A stretch of DNA of 64,000 nucleotides, from the NCBI GenBank assembly GCA_963803435.1, contig CAWDML010000009.1:544001-608000 (forward strand), read 5' to 3'. The number at the start of each line of letters is the position of its first letter. Position 1 is the stretch's first letter. Source of the stretch: an uncultured delta proteobacterium (GTDB lineage: Bacteria > Myxococcota > Kuafuiibacteriia > Kuafuiibacteriales > Kuafuiibacteriaceae). Shown in pieces: positions 21,546 to 31,353 of the stretch. The position numbers and the translations under genes are program-made. The notes under the pieces were generated by a model. The model did no database searches, was not told the DNA's origin, and saw only the letters and a program-made list of their open reading frames with translations.

Positions 21546-21694
21546 CCTCCATTTTGGTCTAGGGGCTCCGACCTGGGAACGCAAGCCGGCTTGCTGGCCG
21601 GGATCCCTGACCTCGCTGTCACACTCTTGGCGCGCGCGCCCGCGCGGGAAGGAGCCCGTTGCTCCGGCACGCCGTATGCCAGGCGAGACCGGTC

Positions 21695-22111
21695 ATGACA
21701 CCAATACGCCTGTCCCAGTCCGTCCTCACGCTCGCGCTGCTCGCGCTCGCCGCTGCCGCCTGCGGGCCCGAGGCTCCCTACGATCTCGAGATCCGCGGAA
21801 AGGCGCTGACGATCGGGCGCTCGCTCCACGTCGGTGTCGCCGAGGCCGACGGCGACGTCTTGATCGCCAACGAGTGGTTTCCCGTCAACGACGACACCCT
21901 CCACGTGGTCTACGGCAGCCTGCTGGCCGAGACGGTGGCTTATCGCATGGATCTGTACCTCGACGTCGACGACGACGGTGCGTGCGACGCGCCGCCGACG
22001 GACCGCGCCTGGCGGACCGAGGTCGGCCCGGTCCAGGGGACGGTCGTCGTCGATCTCGGCGGGCTCGAGCAGGACGCGTCGGCGTGCGACTTCTTCAGCG
22101 CTGAACGTTAG
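21695..22111 (+). CDS. Hypothetical lipoprotein
   Basis: Lipobox LAAAAC; DVDDDGACD Ca-loop-like motif. Confidence 0.65.
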   Translation: MTPIRLSQSVLTLALLALAAAACGPEAPYDLEIRGKALTIGRSLHVGVAEADGDVLIANEWFPVNDDTLHVVYGSLLAETVAYRMDLYLDVDDDGACDAPPTDRAWRTEVGPVQGTVVVDLGGLEQDASACDFFSAER

Positions 22112-23817
22112 AAGCTGTAGCGCGCGCGAAACCAGATCTCGTTCCCGCCGGCGGCCGGATCGCCGAACTTCGTGTAGTCCTTCCCCAAGAACACCAGGCC
22201 CCCGAGGCCCAGCTCGAGCCCGTAGCCGAGGTTGTAGTCGAGCTCGGGAAAGACCACGGCCGAGTAGCCCTCCTTCGAGAAGGGCGAGAACTTGGTGCGT
22301 ACGCGGCGTCCCTGCGACATGCTCCAGCGCTCCTGCACGTAGCCGGTGAGTTCGAGGATCCCGAAGAGCCGCAGGAGCAGGTCGCCGGAGAGGAAGTGAA
22401 GGTCGACGCCCAGAACCAGATAGTCTCCGAGCGTGTTGCGCAGGATCTCCACCGGGCACTGCTCCACCGGACGTTGATCGATCGGGAGCAGCGGGTTGGC
22501 GCACTCGATCGGATTGATCCCGGCCCCGACACCGCCCTGGCGGACGCGCTGGCCCTTGGTGATCCAGTCGCCGGCGCCGCTCTCGTCGACCAGGCCGTGC
22601 ACCCACTGGACGTTCACGTAGACGTACTCGTTGAAGGTGTAGTCGAGGCCGAGTGTCCACTTGGCGTACGGCGTGTCGTCGAGGACCAGCGGGGCGTCCC
22701 CCCCGAGCCCGTAGTCATACTCGCCGTCGATCGTCTGACCCGCGATCATGATGTTGTCTTGGAACATCCGGATCCGCTGCTTCCGCGGGAAGAAGACGCC
22801 GAGCTCGAGGCGGTAGCCGATCGGTAGGCCCGGGAACTCGCCCGCCAGGTTGAGACCGGCCACCTGGATCTTGGGATAGCCGACCACCACGTCGGTCGCG
22901 AGGAGGCCCTGGATGCAGTCCTCCGGGTTGTCCGGGTTGCAGCGCATCTCCATCGTCTGATGCGTGTCGTTCCGGAGCGCCTGAGGGAAGTCGTCGCGGC
23001 CGAAGTAGTAGCTGAGCGCCACGTCCTGCTCGAAGATGCTGGTCGCGAACCGCAGCATGTATTGCATGTTGTGAAAGTCGGTCTTGGGGAGCTCGACCTT
23101 CACGTCCTCGACCACCGTCGGATAGCCCATGTCACGTGCGACCGCGGCCTCCGAGTGGATGCGCCAGCGCAGGCGATCGTCGAGGTGCGGGAGGCGATCG
23201 ACGCGGGCGATCGCGAGCGGCGCCGAGACCGGGAGCAGCGCCGGGCGAAAGATGGGCACGAGCACCCCGGAGAGCGTGAACCAGTCCTCGAGAGAGTAGT
23301 CGAGCCGCGCCATCAGGTTCGCCTGCTGATCGCCGAAGAGCAGGCGATCCTCCACGTCGTCGGCGTTCAGCGTGTTGGTCGGGTTGAACTGATCGCCGAC
23401 GCCCCAGGCGACGATCTGCTGGCCGATGCGAAGATCCAGACCCTCGAGCAGATCCTTCGCCTCGAGATACGCCGAGTGAGCCTCGATCCGCACGCGCTCG
23501 ACCTTGGAGCGATCGGAGAGATCCGACAGCGACTCGACGCCGGTCGAGAAGCCCAGCCAGACCAGGTCGACGTCGACGACCCCGCTGAAGCGCTCGATGC
23601 CGGCCAGCGCCTTCAGCTTGAGGATGTGCTCGTTGCGCGAGACGCCGTCCTCGAGCTCGCGGCGGTCGTACCAGTCGCCGACCCCGATCGTCGCGGGCCG
23701 GTACCGGATGTTCGATTGGATCGCGCCGCCAAGGTCCAGGTGGAGGCCCTCCTCCTCGGCGCGGGCAGTCCCCGCGGCGCCGGCAATGAAGAGGACGATC
23801 CCGATCCGCGCGTACAC
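22108..23817 (-). CDS. Putative outer-membrane beta-barrel protein (DUF1302-like)
   Basis: Signal peptide; DLRIGQQIVAWGVGDQFNPTN; C-terminal aromatic ARYSF. Confidence 0.7.
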   Translation of the reverse strand: MYARIGIVLFIAGAAGTARAEEEGLHLDLGGAIQSNIRYRPATIGVGDWYDRRELEDGVSRNEHILKLKALAGIERFSGVVDVDLVWLGFSTGVESLSDLSDRSKVERVRIEAHSAYLEAKDLLEGLDLRIGQQIVAWGVGDQFNPTNTLNADDVEDRLLFGDQQANLMARLDYSLEDWFTLSGVLVPIFRPALLPVSAPLAIARVDRLPHLDDRLRWRIHSEAAVARDMGYPTVVEDVKVELPKTDFHNMQYMLRFATSIFEQDVALSYYFGRDDFPQALRNDTHQTMEMRCNPDNPEDCIQGLLATDVVVGYPKIQVAGLNLAGEFPGLPIGYRLELGVFFPRKQRIRMFQDNIMIAGQTIDGEYDYGLGGDAPLVLDDTPYAKWTLGLDYTFNEYVYVNVQWVHGLVDESGAGDWITKGQRVRQGGVGAGINPIECANPLLPIDQRPVEQCPVEILRNTLGDYLVLGVDLHFLSGDLLLRLFGILELTGYVQERWSMSQGRRVRTKFSPFSKEGYSAVVFPELDYNLGYGLELGLGGLVFLGKDYTKFGDPAAGGNEIWFRARYSF

Positions 23818-23826
23818 GAGCCAGTG

Positions 23827-24702
23827 CTAGGGCACGGCCTCCCAAATGTCGACTTTCTCGACGCGGAGCTTGGTCGGATCGAGCTCCCGGATGAACGCCT
23901 GATCCATCAGCGGGATCGGGCCCTGGTGGGCGATCATCAGGAACGACAGCTCCTTGAGCTCCGCGGCCAGCCCGCCCAGGAGCCGGTGCTCGCCGGGGTG
24001 GAGGGCCTCGCCGTGCGCCAGGCAGCGAACGATACAACGCCCGGCGTCCACCACGTCGATCACGGCGTCGACCCGTCCGGCGTGGGAGCCCATCTCGAGG
24101 ACCTCGCCGACACTGGCGAGCGTGGAGCCGGGCAGCAGCTCGTCGAGGATGCGCCGGAGCGCGCACAGCTTGTAGGAGAACAGGCGCAGCTCGGCGTCCG
24201 TCTTCGCCTGCGCCATGGCGTCGAACAGCGACGGCGCGCCCTCGGCCGGGTCGTTGTAGGCCGAGCGCAGGAAGCCGGGCTCCGGGTCGTCGCCGGGGAC
24301 GAGGAGCTCGTCGAGGTCGGCGCCGAAGATGTCGAAGGCCACGCCGAGCTCGTGGAGGATCGCGCGCTGCGCCTCGCCGAGGGCGCGCCGGGAGATCGCG
24401 ATCTTCGCGGCGAGCGCCAGCGTGGATCGCCGCAGGAAGGGATCGGGCAGCTCGCTGGAGAGCGCCGCGCGCGCGTCGCTGAAGAGCGGAGCGTCGAGGG
24501 CGAGCTCGTCGGCCCGCGCCAGCACCCACTCCCACGACACGCCGGAGAACTCGGAGTTGCTCTGGAGGGCCCGGGCGATCCGGTCGAGCGTCTCCTGGGT
24601 GAGGGTGCCCTCCGACGCGAGCGCGGACATCAGGATGACGTCGACCATCCGCTTTTGCTGGTTCGAGCCGCCCGCGAGGAACGACAGGAGCCGGCCGGGC
24701 AT
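23827..24702 (-). CDS. TerB-like domain protein
   Basis: MSALASEGTLTQE...RRSTLALAAKIAIS..LGEAQRAILHELGVAF matches a TerB-type helical pattern; start MPGRLL. Confidence 0.5.
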   Translation of the reverse strand: MPGRLLSFLAGGSNQQKRMVDVILMSALASEGTLTQETLDRIARALQSNSEFSGVSWEWVLARADELALDAPLFSDARAALSSELPDPFLRRSTLALAAKIAISRRALGEAQRAILHELGVAFDIFGADLDELLVPGDDPEPGFLRSAYNDPAEGAPSLFDAMAQAKTDAELRLFSYKLCALRRILDELLPGSTLASVGEVLEMGSHAGRVDAVIDVVDAGRCIVRCLAHGEALHPGEHRLLGGLAAELKELSFLMIAHQGPIPLMDQAFIRELDPTKLRVEKVDIWEAVP

Positions 24703-24738
24703 CGGTCGACGATACAACCTGGGTCCGGCGGGTGGTAG

Positions 24739-25269
24739 ATGTTCGGGTGCGTGCAGGTCGAAGACGCGCTGCTCGATCTGATCGGCCGTCGGTGCTTCTC
24801 CGCGATCACCGGATCGGAGGGGGAGTTCGCGTTCGCGCTCCACCTCGGGGCGCAGCAGCGCCGGCAGCTGCGGCTCGCGAATCCACGCCTCTCGTTTCTC
24901 CAGCGGACGTTCGAGGGCTCGCACATGGTGGTGGTCGAGTGCACGTGGCGGATCGACGGGCCCGACGCCGTCATCGCCTCCTGCTTCGACCGGGCGAAAC
25001 CCGCCGGACCGCGGGACGATGCGGTCGAGGCGCTGGTCGAGCGGACGGTGGTGGGGGTGCAGCTGATGCGGCCCGGGTTGGATTTGGAGGTTCGCTTCGA
25101 GGGCGGCCACACGCTCCACTGCTTCGCCACCGAGGTGTCGCTGGAGAACAAGGCCACGCGCAACAACTGGACCTACTCGTCGCCGTTCGGGACGGTGACC
25201 GTGGGCCCCCGGAGCCGGCTCACCTTCGATCATGCACGGCCGGTCCCGGCGCCGACCGACGACGACTGA
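24739..25269 (+). CDS. Hypothetical protein
   Basis: 176-aa ORF with genome-typical codon bias. Confidence 0.7.
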   Translation: MFGCVQVEDALLDLIGRRCFSAITGSEGEFAFALHLGAQQRRQLRLANPRLSFLQRTFEGSHMVVVECTWRIDGPDAVIASCFDRAKPAGPRDDAVEALVERTVVGVQLMRPGLDLEVRFEGGHTLHCFATEVSLENKATRNNWTYSSPFGTVTVGPRSRLTFDHARPVPAPTDDD

Positions 25270-25310
25270 GCGCTTTGCAGGCCGGGCCGTTTGGGGTAAC
25301 CGCACCACCG

Positions 25311-26228
25311 GTGGCCAGGAAGAAGAACAGGGCCGGAAAGGACCTCTCGGAGGTCGCCGATCTCGGCAAGGCGCGCAACGACGCGCTGGCGGCGGCGCGC
25401 GGACAGATCCGCACCATCGCCAAGGTGGCGATCGGCGTGGTGGTGGTCCTCTGGCTGCTGGCGGCCGGGTTCGGCAGCGGGCTCGAGACGCGGGTCCCTT
25501 ACTACATCGCCCTCGCGATCACCGGCGCGATCGGCGTGGGCGCTTTTTTCGTCCGCCGCAACCTGGGCAAGTCCGAGGCGCTCGGGCAGCTGATCGCCGA
25601 GGGCATGGATTTGTCGCCCGACGAGCGCGCCTCCCGGATCGCCAAGCTCGCGCCCCAGGTCGACAAGGGCGACATCGGCTCGATCATCGCCAAGGCGCAG
25701 CTCCAGATGCACGACTCCCCCCGCGAGGCCCTCGAGACCCTGGAGAAGGTCAACCTCGAGAAGGCCGCCAAGGTGATGGCGAATCAGGTCCGCGGGATGC
25801 GCGGCATGATCCACCTGAACCTCGGCGAGGTGAAGGCGGCGCGCGAGCTCTCCGACACCATCCCGCTCGACAAGACGCCCGACCTCAAATCGCGCGCCAA
25901 CCTGGCCGGCATCGTGGCGGAAGCCTGGGCCCGCTCGGGCAACCCGATTGAGGCCGCCGAGCTGCTCGACAAGTACGACACCGAGGACAAGGACTTCCAG
26001 GACGTGAAGGTGCAGCTCCTCCGCGCGCGCGCGTTCGCCTCGGCGCACCAGAACAAGCTCGACCGCATGCGGAAGGCGCTCAAGCAGCTGGAGGAGCTGT
26101 CGCCGCAGCTCCTCGCGGTCTTCGTGGGGCAGAAGCGGGTCCACCCGCTGCTTTCGCAGGAGGCGAAGAAGCGGCTGGAGAAGAGCGGCCTGATGCCGAA
26201 GACCAAGATCCAGGGGGCGCGCCGCTGA
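25311..26228 (+). CDS. Membrane protein with TPR-like helical repeats
   Basis: Two TM helices, then helical repeats; stop overlaps the holA start. Confidence 0.7.
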   Translation: MARKKNRAGKDLSEVADLGKARNDALAAARGQIRTIAKVAIGVVVVLWLLAAGFGSGLETRVPYYIALAITGAIGVGAFFVRRNLGKSEALGQLIAEGMDLSPDERASRIAKLAPQVDKGDIGSIIAKAQLQMHDSPREALETLEKVNLEKAAKVMANQVRGMRGMIHLNLGEVKAARELSDTIPLDKTPDLKSRANLAGIVAEAWARSGNPIEAAELLDKYDTEDKDFQDVKVQLLRARAFASAHQNKLDRMRKALKQLEELSPQLLAVFVGQKRVHPLLSQEAKKRLEKSGLMPKTKIQGARR

Positions 26229-27226
26229 TGGCCGGACGCGATCCGCTCGCTGATCTGCAGAAGAACGGACCCAAGCCGATCTACGTGGTGGACGGCGCGG
26301 AGCGGGCCCTGGTCGACGACGCCGTTCGCGCCATCAAGGCCGCCTCGTTGCCGGCGACGGCCCGCGACTTCAACTACGACGTCTTCTCCGCGAAGGACGC
26401 GCCCGCGATCCGGATCGTCGAGGCCGCCGAGACGCTGCCCGCGTTTGCGGCGCGCCGGCTGGTGGTCGTCGAGCACGCGGAGAAGATCGACGGCGAGAAC
26501 GCCGATGCGCTCATCGGCTACGTGGAGAATCCGAACCCGCACTCGGTGTTGCTGCTGGTCGCGGATCGCTTCGACGCGCGCACTCGCTTGTACAAGACCT
26601 TCAAGAAGTCGGCGGTGGTGCTCCGGTTCGACAACCCCAAGCTGGGAGAGATGCCGTCTATCGTGCGGGCGCGCGCCGAGCGGATCGGCGTCGCCATCGA
26701 GGGCCTCGCGATCCGGGCGCTGGTCGACGCGGTGGGGGCCGACGCCACCGCCGCCTGGCAGGCGCTGGAGCTGCTCTCGCTCTACGTGGGACCGGACAGC
26801 GGGCGGCCCATCCGGCTGGCCGACGTCGAGGCGGTGGTCACCTCGACCAAGGAGGAGTCGATCTTTGCGCTGGTCGACGCGATCGGCTCGGGGGATCGGG
26901 CGGCTGTGCTCGAGGGCCTCCACAAGATGCTCACCGAGTCGCGCGAGCCGCCGCTACGCCTGCTGGCGATGGTGGTCCGCCACTACCGGAACCTCTCCAA
27001 GGTACGGGCGGCGCTGGACGACGGCGCCTCGCGGGGCGAGATCCAGGGGCTCGCGGGCGTGCCGCCGTTCATCGTCGACAACCTGATCAAGCAGGCGCGC
27101 CGCCTGCCGCTGTCCGCATTGTGCCGCGGCGTGGTCGCGTGTGGAGAGGCGGACCGCGAGCTCAAGGGCGGCCCGCTCCACGACACCCGCGCGATGGAGC
27201 GCCTGGCGCTGCGTTTGATGCAATAG
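26228..27226 (+). CDS. holA: DNA polymerase III subunit delta
   Basis: PIYVVDGAE, DFNYDVF, AETLPAFAARRLVVV, SIFALVDAI, ADRELKGG. Confidence 0.9.
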   Translation: MAGRDPLADLQKNGPKPIYVVDGAERALVDDAVRAIKAASLPATARDFNYDVFSAKDAPAIRIVEAAETLPAFAARRLVVVEHAEKIDGENADALIGYVENPNPHSVLLLVADRFDARTRLYKTFKKSAVVLRFDNPKLGEMPSIVRARAERIGVAIEGLAIRALVDAVGADATAAWQALELLSLYVGPDSGRPIRLADVEAVVTSTKEESIFALVDAIGSGDRAAVLEGLHKMLTESREPPLRLLAMVVRHYRNLSKVRAALDDGASRGEIQGLAGVPPFIVDNLIKQARRLPLSALCRGVVACGEADRELKGGPLHDTRAMERLALRLMQ

Positions 27227-27274
27227 CGCGGCCCGTCTGGGCACTCCGGCGGGACGCATGTTAGCGTTTCGACA

Positions 27275-28810
27275 ATGCTCCGGCCTGTCCTCGCCGGCCT
27301 GTTCGCGGCCGTGCTCTTCACGGCGTGCAAGGCGGAAGAATGTCCACCGCTGATCGTGGTCAGCGATGCGACCTGCAGCACCACTCAGGACTGCATCGAC
27401 GACGGCTTCCCCACGCTGAGCTGCGTCGGCGGGATCTGCCGCCGCCCCTGTCTCCGCGATCGGGACTGCGTCCTGCCGGCGCTCGAGTCCGACGATCCGT
27501 GCATCACGAAGATCGAGCCCCAGAAGCCCGCGGTCTGCGAGGACCAGCTCTGCATCGACGGCTGCACCGGCGACGCCGACTGCAGCGGCGGTCAGACCTG
27601 CAGTGGGGGTCGCTGTGTGTACTTCGCCGAGGGGTTCGAGGATCTCGATCGCGACGGCGCTGTCTCGCTCGACCAGCTGATGTGGAACACGGTGGGCAAG
27701 GAGCTCAAGAACCTGCGCACCGCGATCGCCTGGATCGGCATGCCCGGCTGCAACCTGGGCGACACGCGCTGCGCCGGCGTGGCCGCCGAGGGCGATCGCT
27801 TCGTGGCGCTCGAGGCGGTGCCCACGCCCGAGAAGGGGACGCCCGACGTGACGCTGACCTGCCGCTCGTGCGCCTGCTGCCTCGACTGCCTGGTCAACCC
27901 GCCGCGGTTGCCGGCGCTGATCCCCAGCTGTCCCATCGGCAGCACGATCCCGATCGCATTGACCTGCGAGACCGCCATGCCCGCCAACTGCACGAACGTC
28001 TGCAACGACTGCCAGCAGTGCGTCTCCTCCTCGGTGCCGCTCGGCGAGCGCCTGCTGTCGTGCGAGATGGACGCGGCCGAGCGCACCTGCTCGAGCTGTC
28101 CCAGCTGCGACGCCATGGCCTGTGAGACCTGTCGAACCACCAGCTGTCCCTCCTGCTCGAACCTCGACTCGGAGGCCTGCAGGAGCTGTGAGGCGGCGAG
28201 CTGCAGCGCGTGTACGCCGTGCCGCGCGTGCAACGTCTGTAGCCGCGCGCTCGACTGCGAGCTGTCCGATCCGGGGAGCGCCGCCTGCATCTCGAACCGC
28301 GCCGCCTGCGACGCGCAGGGGTCCGACGGCTGCTATCCGACGCCGGTCAACTATCCGCGGGCGCAGCTCACCGATCTGGAGCAGTCGCTGGTGTCGCCGC
28401 CGATCGACCTGTCCGCCGCCACCGGTCCGATCTCGCTGCAGTTCGAGTACGTGCCGTTCAACGTCGGGGACCGTTACCGGCCCGGGATCCAGGGCACACC
28501 GGCCTCGATGTGGCCCGACGCGGCCCAGGAGATCGTGGTCCAGCTGTGCCCGCGCGATTGCGGCAACGAGGCCAGCTGGAGCGACGCCCTGCTGGTCAAC
28601 GGCGCCCGCGCCAGCTTTCCGCCCGCCACGCAGCGCGGCAACGGCCTCTCGCTCGGGCGCCAGAGCTCGATCGACTGGGGGAGCGGCCGGCTCGAGGTCG
28701 ACATCCCCGAGGGCATGCGGACCTCCGAGCTCCGCTTCCGCTTCCTTCCCCGCCTCGACGCCAACGTCCAGGTCGGCGTGGACAACATCCTGATCCGGAG
28801 TCGGCAATGA
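27275..28810 (+). CDS. Very Cys-rich lipoprotein
   Basis: Lipobox LFTAC; long run of CxxC pairs; LVSPPIDLS and VGVDNI jelly-roll-like C-terminus. Confidence 0.75.
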   Translation: MLRPVLAGLFAAVLFTACKAEECPPLIVVSDATCSTTQDCIDDGFPTLSCVGGICRRPCLRDRDCVLPALESDDPCITKIEPQKPAVCEDQLCIDGCTGDADCSGGQTCSGGRCVYFAEGFEDLDRDGAVSLDQLMWNTVGKELKNLRTAIAWIGMPGCNLGDTRCAGVAAEGDRFVALEAVPTPEKGTPDVTLTCRSCACCLDCLVNPPRLPALIPSCPIGSTIPIALTCETAMPANCTNVCNDCQQCVSSSVPLGERLLSCEMDAAERTCSSCPSCDAMACETCRTTSCPSCSNLDSEACRSCEAASCSACTPCRACNVCSRALDCELSDPGSAACISNRAACDAQGSDGCYPTPVNYPRAQLTDLEQSLVSPPIDLSAATGPISLQFEYVPFNVGDRYRPGIQGTPASMWPDAAQEIVVQLCPRDCGNEASWSDALLVNGARASFPPATQRGNGLSLGRQSSIDWGSGRLEVDIPEGMRTSELRFRFLPRLDANVQVGVDNILIRSRQ

Positions 28811-30157
28811 GGAGCTCGACCGTCGCCCTGGTGCTGCTCGCGGCCTGCGGTGACAGCACCGCCACCGTCACGGTGAGCCTGTCGGCCTCCACCGCCGAGG
28901 AGCTCAACCCGTTCGATCCGACGACCGGGCTGTCGAAGATCAGGATCAAGGTCGACGGCCCCGATCAGCACGATGACGCGGTCATCGATCTTCCGCTGGG
29001 CCAGCGCGAGGTGAAGTTCGAGAAGTTCCCCACCGGCATGGACGTCGTGGTCCGCGCCGACGGCTTCGACGAGTTCGGCAACGTGGTGGCGTTCGGGCGC
29101 GAGGATCGCCTCACCCTCGACGGCAACCTGACCGTCACCATCCCGTTCAGGCGCAATCTGGCCTACGTCATCCACCAGGCCGAGGATCGGCCGGCACAAC
29201 CGGGCGCGCACATCTACCTCATCGACATCTCCAGCCGGACGCTGGTGAAGAAGCTCGCGCTCCCGGGCGCGAATCCACGGGCCCGAGGGATCTCGGCCCG
29301 CGGCGGCGCGTCGATGCTGGTCACCTACGACGACGGTGCGCAGTCGTTCGTCGGCGTGATCTCCGCCGACACGGACGAGGTGCGGCCGCTGGCCTTGATG
29401 CGTTCGCAGACGATGGCGATCGCCTCGCCCAAGAGCTCGACGGCGGTGGTGGCGGGCGGCGGCTTCATCAGCTTCCTCGACCTGGAGAGCGGCGCCAACG
29501 ACGTCTACCCGATGCAGGTGGGCGGGAAGGTCCTCGACGCCGCCATCTCGCCCGACGGCAGCCGCGCGATCATCGTGCTCGAATCGGGCCGCGCTCGACG
29601 TCGACGTGGTCCGGCGGACGGTGGAGCAGATCGCGATCCTCCCCGATCCGTCGGGCGTGGCCATCGGCCTGGACGGCCGGGTCGCCTATCTGACCTCGAG
29701 CACCGAGGGGACGGTCGGGCAGATCAACCTGGCGGGGCAGGACGCGAACGTGATCCAGGACGGCGCCTTCGTGCGTCCCGTGGTCGGGGCCACCTACTCG
29801 GAGGAGATGAATGCGGTCCTCGGTGTCAACGTGAACGCCTCGAACGGCGCGTCGCGTGTGATCGCCTTCGTGGTGCTGCCGCCGGAGGGCCTCTCCCTCG
29901 AAGAGGGGACGCAGGCGCTCAACTATCCGGCCGGCATCGCCTCGGACGGCGCCGGTCGCCGCGTCATCGTGGTCTCGGTCGGTACCTCGTCGGCGACCGC
30001 GGGCCTCACCGTGATCGACACCTTCCCGGATCACCTGCCGGATGGCAGCTCCACGCTCTACCCGCTCGATCCGGACGACACCTATCTGTCGCCGAAGGGG
30101 ACGCTGCTCAAACAGCGCTGGCGTCCCGCCGCCGTCGCGGTCATATACGGGCGGTGA
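28807..30157 (+). CDS. YncE-like beta-propeller lipoprotein; +1 frameshift near 29583
   Basis: Lipobox LLAAC; AAISPDGSRA and PSGVAIGLDGRVAY propeller blades lie in two frames. Confidence 0.7.
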
Positions 30158-31353
30158 AGACGCTCCGGGAGGGCGCGGAGGAGGTCGCCCGGCGGCTGCG
30201 CGCGCACGGCTTCGAGGCCTACTTCGCCGGGGGCTGCGTGCGCGATCGCGTGCTCGGGATCCCGCCGAAGGACTTCGACGTCGTCACCAACGCGAAGCCC
30301 GAAGAGGTCAGCGGTCTATTCAAGCGAACGATCCAGGTCGGCGCGGCCTTCGGCGTCGTGAAGGTGCAGGTCGGCCGGGGTCTCGAGTACGAGGTCGCGA
30401 CTTACCGGACCGACGGTGTCTACATCGACGGGCGCCGCCCGGACGAGGTGCGCTACTCCGACTCGGTCGAGGAGGACGTCAAGCGGCGCGACTTCACCAT
30501 CAACGCGCTGCTCGAGGATCCCGACACCGGCGAGATCCTGGACTTCGTGGGCGGCCGCGACGACCTGGAGGCCGGCGTCATCCGGGCCGTGGGAGACGCG
30601 AAGAAGCGCGTGGCCGAGGATCGCCTGCGGATGCTCCGCGCCGTGCGCTTCGCCGCCCGCTTCGGCTTTACCATCGAGCCCGACACGCTCGACGCCGTCG
30701 CGAGCCACGCGGCCGAGATCGTCGACGTGAGCCCGGAGCGCATCACCGCCGAGCTCGAGGGCATCTGGAGCTCGGCCCGTCCCGGCCTCGGCCTCCGCCT
30801 GCTCGACGCGAGCGGCCTCCGCCCGCACGTGCTCCCGTTCCTCCACGACGTGGCGGCGGCGGCGCTCCGCCTCGATCGCCTGGCGTCGCTGGGGCGCGAG
30901 CCCGAGCCCGCGCGCTGGATCGCCTGGGCGGTGCTCTTCGGCGGCGCCGCGCTGGCACGCGCCGACATCGATCGAAGGATGCGCGCGCTGAAGCTGTCGC
31001 GCGAGCACATCCGCAACGTCCAGCTCCTGGTGGCCGCGCTCGGCGAGCCTGAGACCATCCGGCTGGTGGTCTCGGAGAGCGCACCGCTCATCGCCGACTT
31101 TCTCCGCGCGTACCACGGCGATCCCTCGGAGCCCGTCCGCGCCTGGCGTGCGGTCGAGGCCGAGCTCGCACGCGATCCTCTCCCGCCGCTGCCGGTGCTC
31201 ACCGGCGAGGACCTCAAGGCGCTGGGGATCGCGCCGGGACCCGCGTTCAAGCGGATTCTCGACGACGTCGAGCGCGGGGTGCTGTTCCGGAGGATCCGTT
31301 CGAAAGAGGAGGCGGTGCACTACGTTCGCGCTCAGTACTTGAGCAGCTTGTGA
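30154..31353 (+). CDS. cca: CCA-adding tRNA nucleotidyltransferase / poly(A) polymerase family
   Basis: GGCVRD, KDFDVVT, EVATYR, RRDFTINAL, EDRLRMLRAVRF, LTGEDLKALGIAPGP. Confidence 0.88.
   Translation: MKTLREGAEEVARRLRAHGFEAYFAGGCVRDRVLGIPPKDFDVVTNAKPEEVSGLFKRTIQVGAAFGVVKVQVGRGLEYEVATYRTDGVYIDGRRPDEVRYSDSVEEDVKRRDFTINALLEDPDTGEILDFVGGRDDLEAGVIRAVGDAKKRVAEDRLRMLRAVRFAARFGFTIEPDTLDAVASHAAEIVDVSPERITAELEGIWSSARPGLGLRLLDASGLRPHVLPFLHDVAAAALRLDRLASLGREPEPARWIAWAVLFGGAALARADIDRRMRALKLSREHIRNVQLLVAALGEPETIRLVVSESAPLIADFLRAYHGDPSEPVRAWRAVEAELARDPLPPLPVLTGEDLKALGIAPGPAFKRILDDVERGVLFRRIRSKEEAVHYVRAQYLSSL

Noticed and set aside
21581-21680. 14-bp palindrome GCAAGCCGGCTTGC and sigma54-like CGGCACGCCGTATGCC in the divergent gap
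   Set aside because: Weak match, and the implied transcript would be nearly leaderless; not enough support
28510-31353. 947-aa ORF that looks like a beta-propeller/CCA-enzyme fusion
   Set aside because: Artefact of the frameshift near 29583: the propeller continues in another frame to its own stop (30157), which overlaps the cca GTG at 30154
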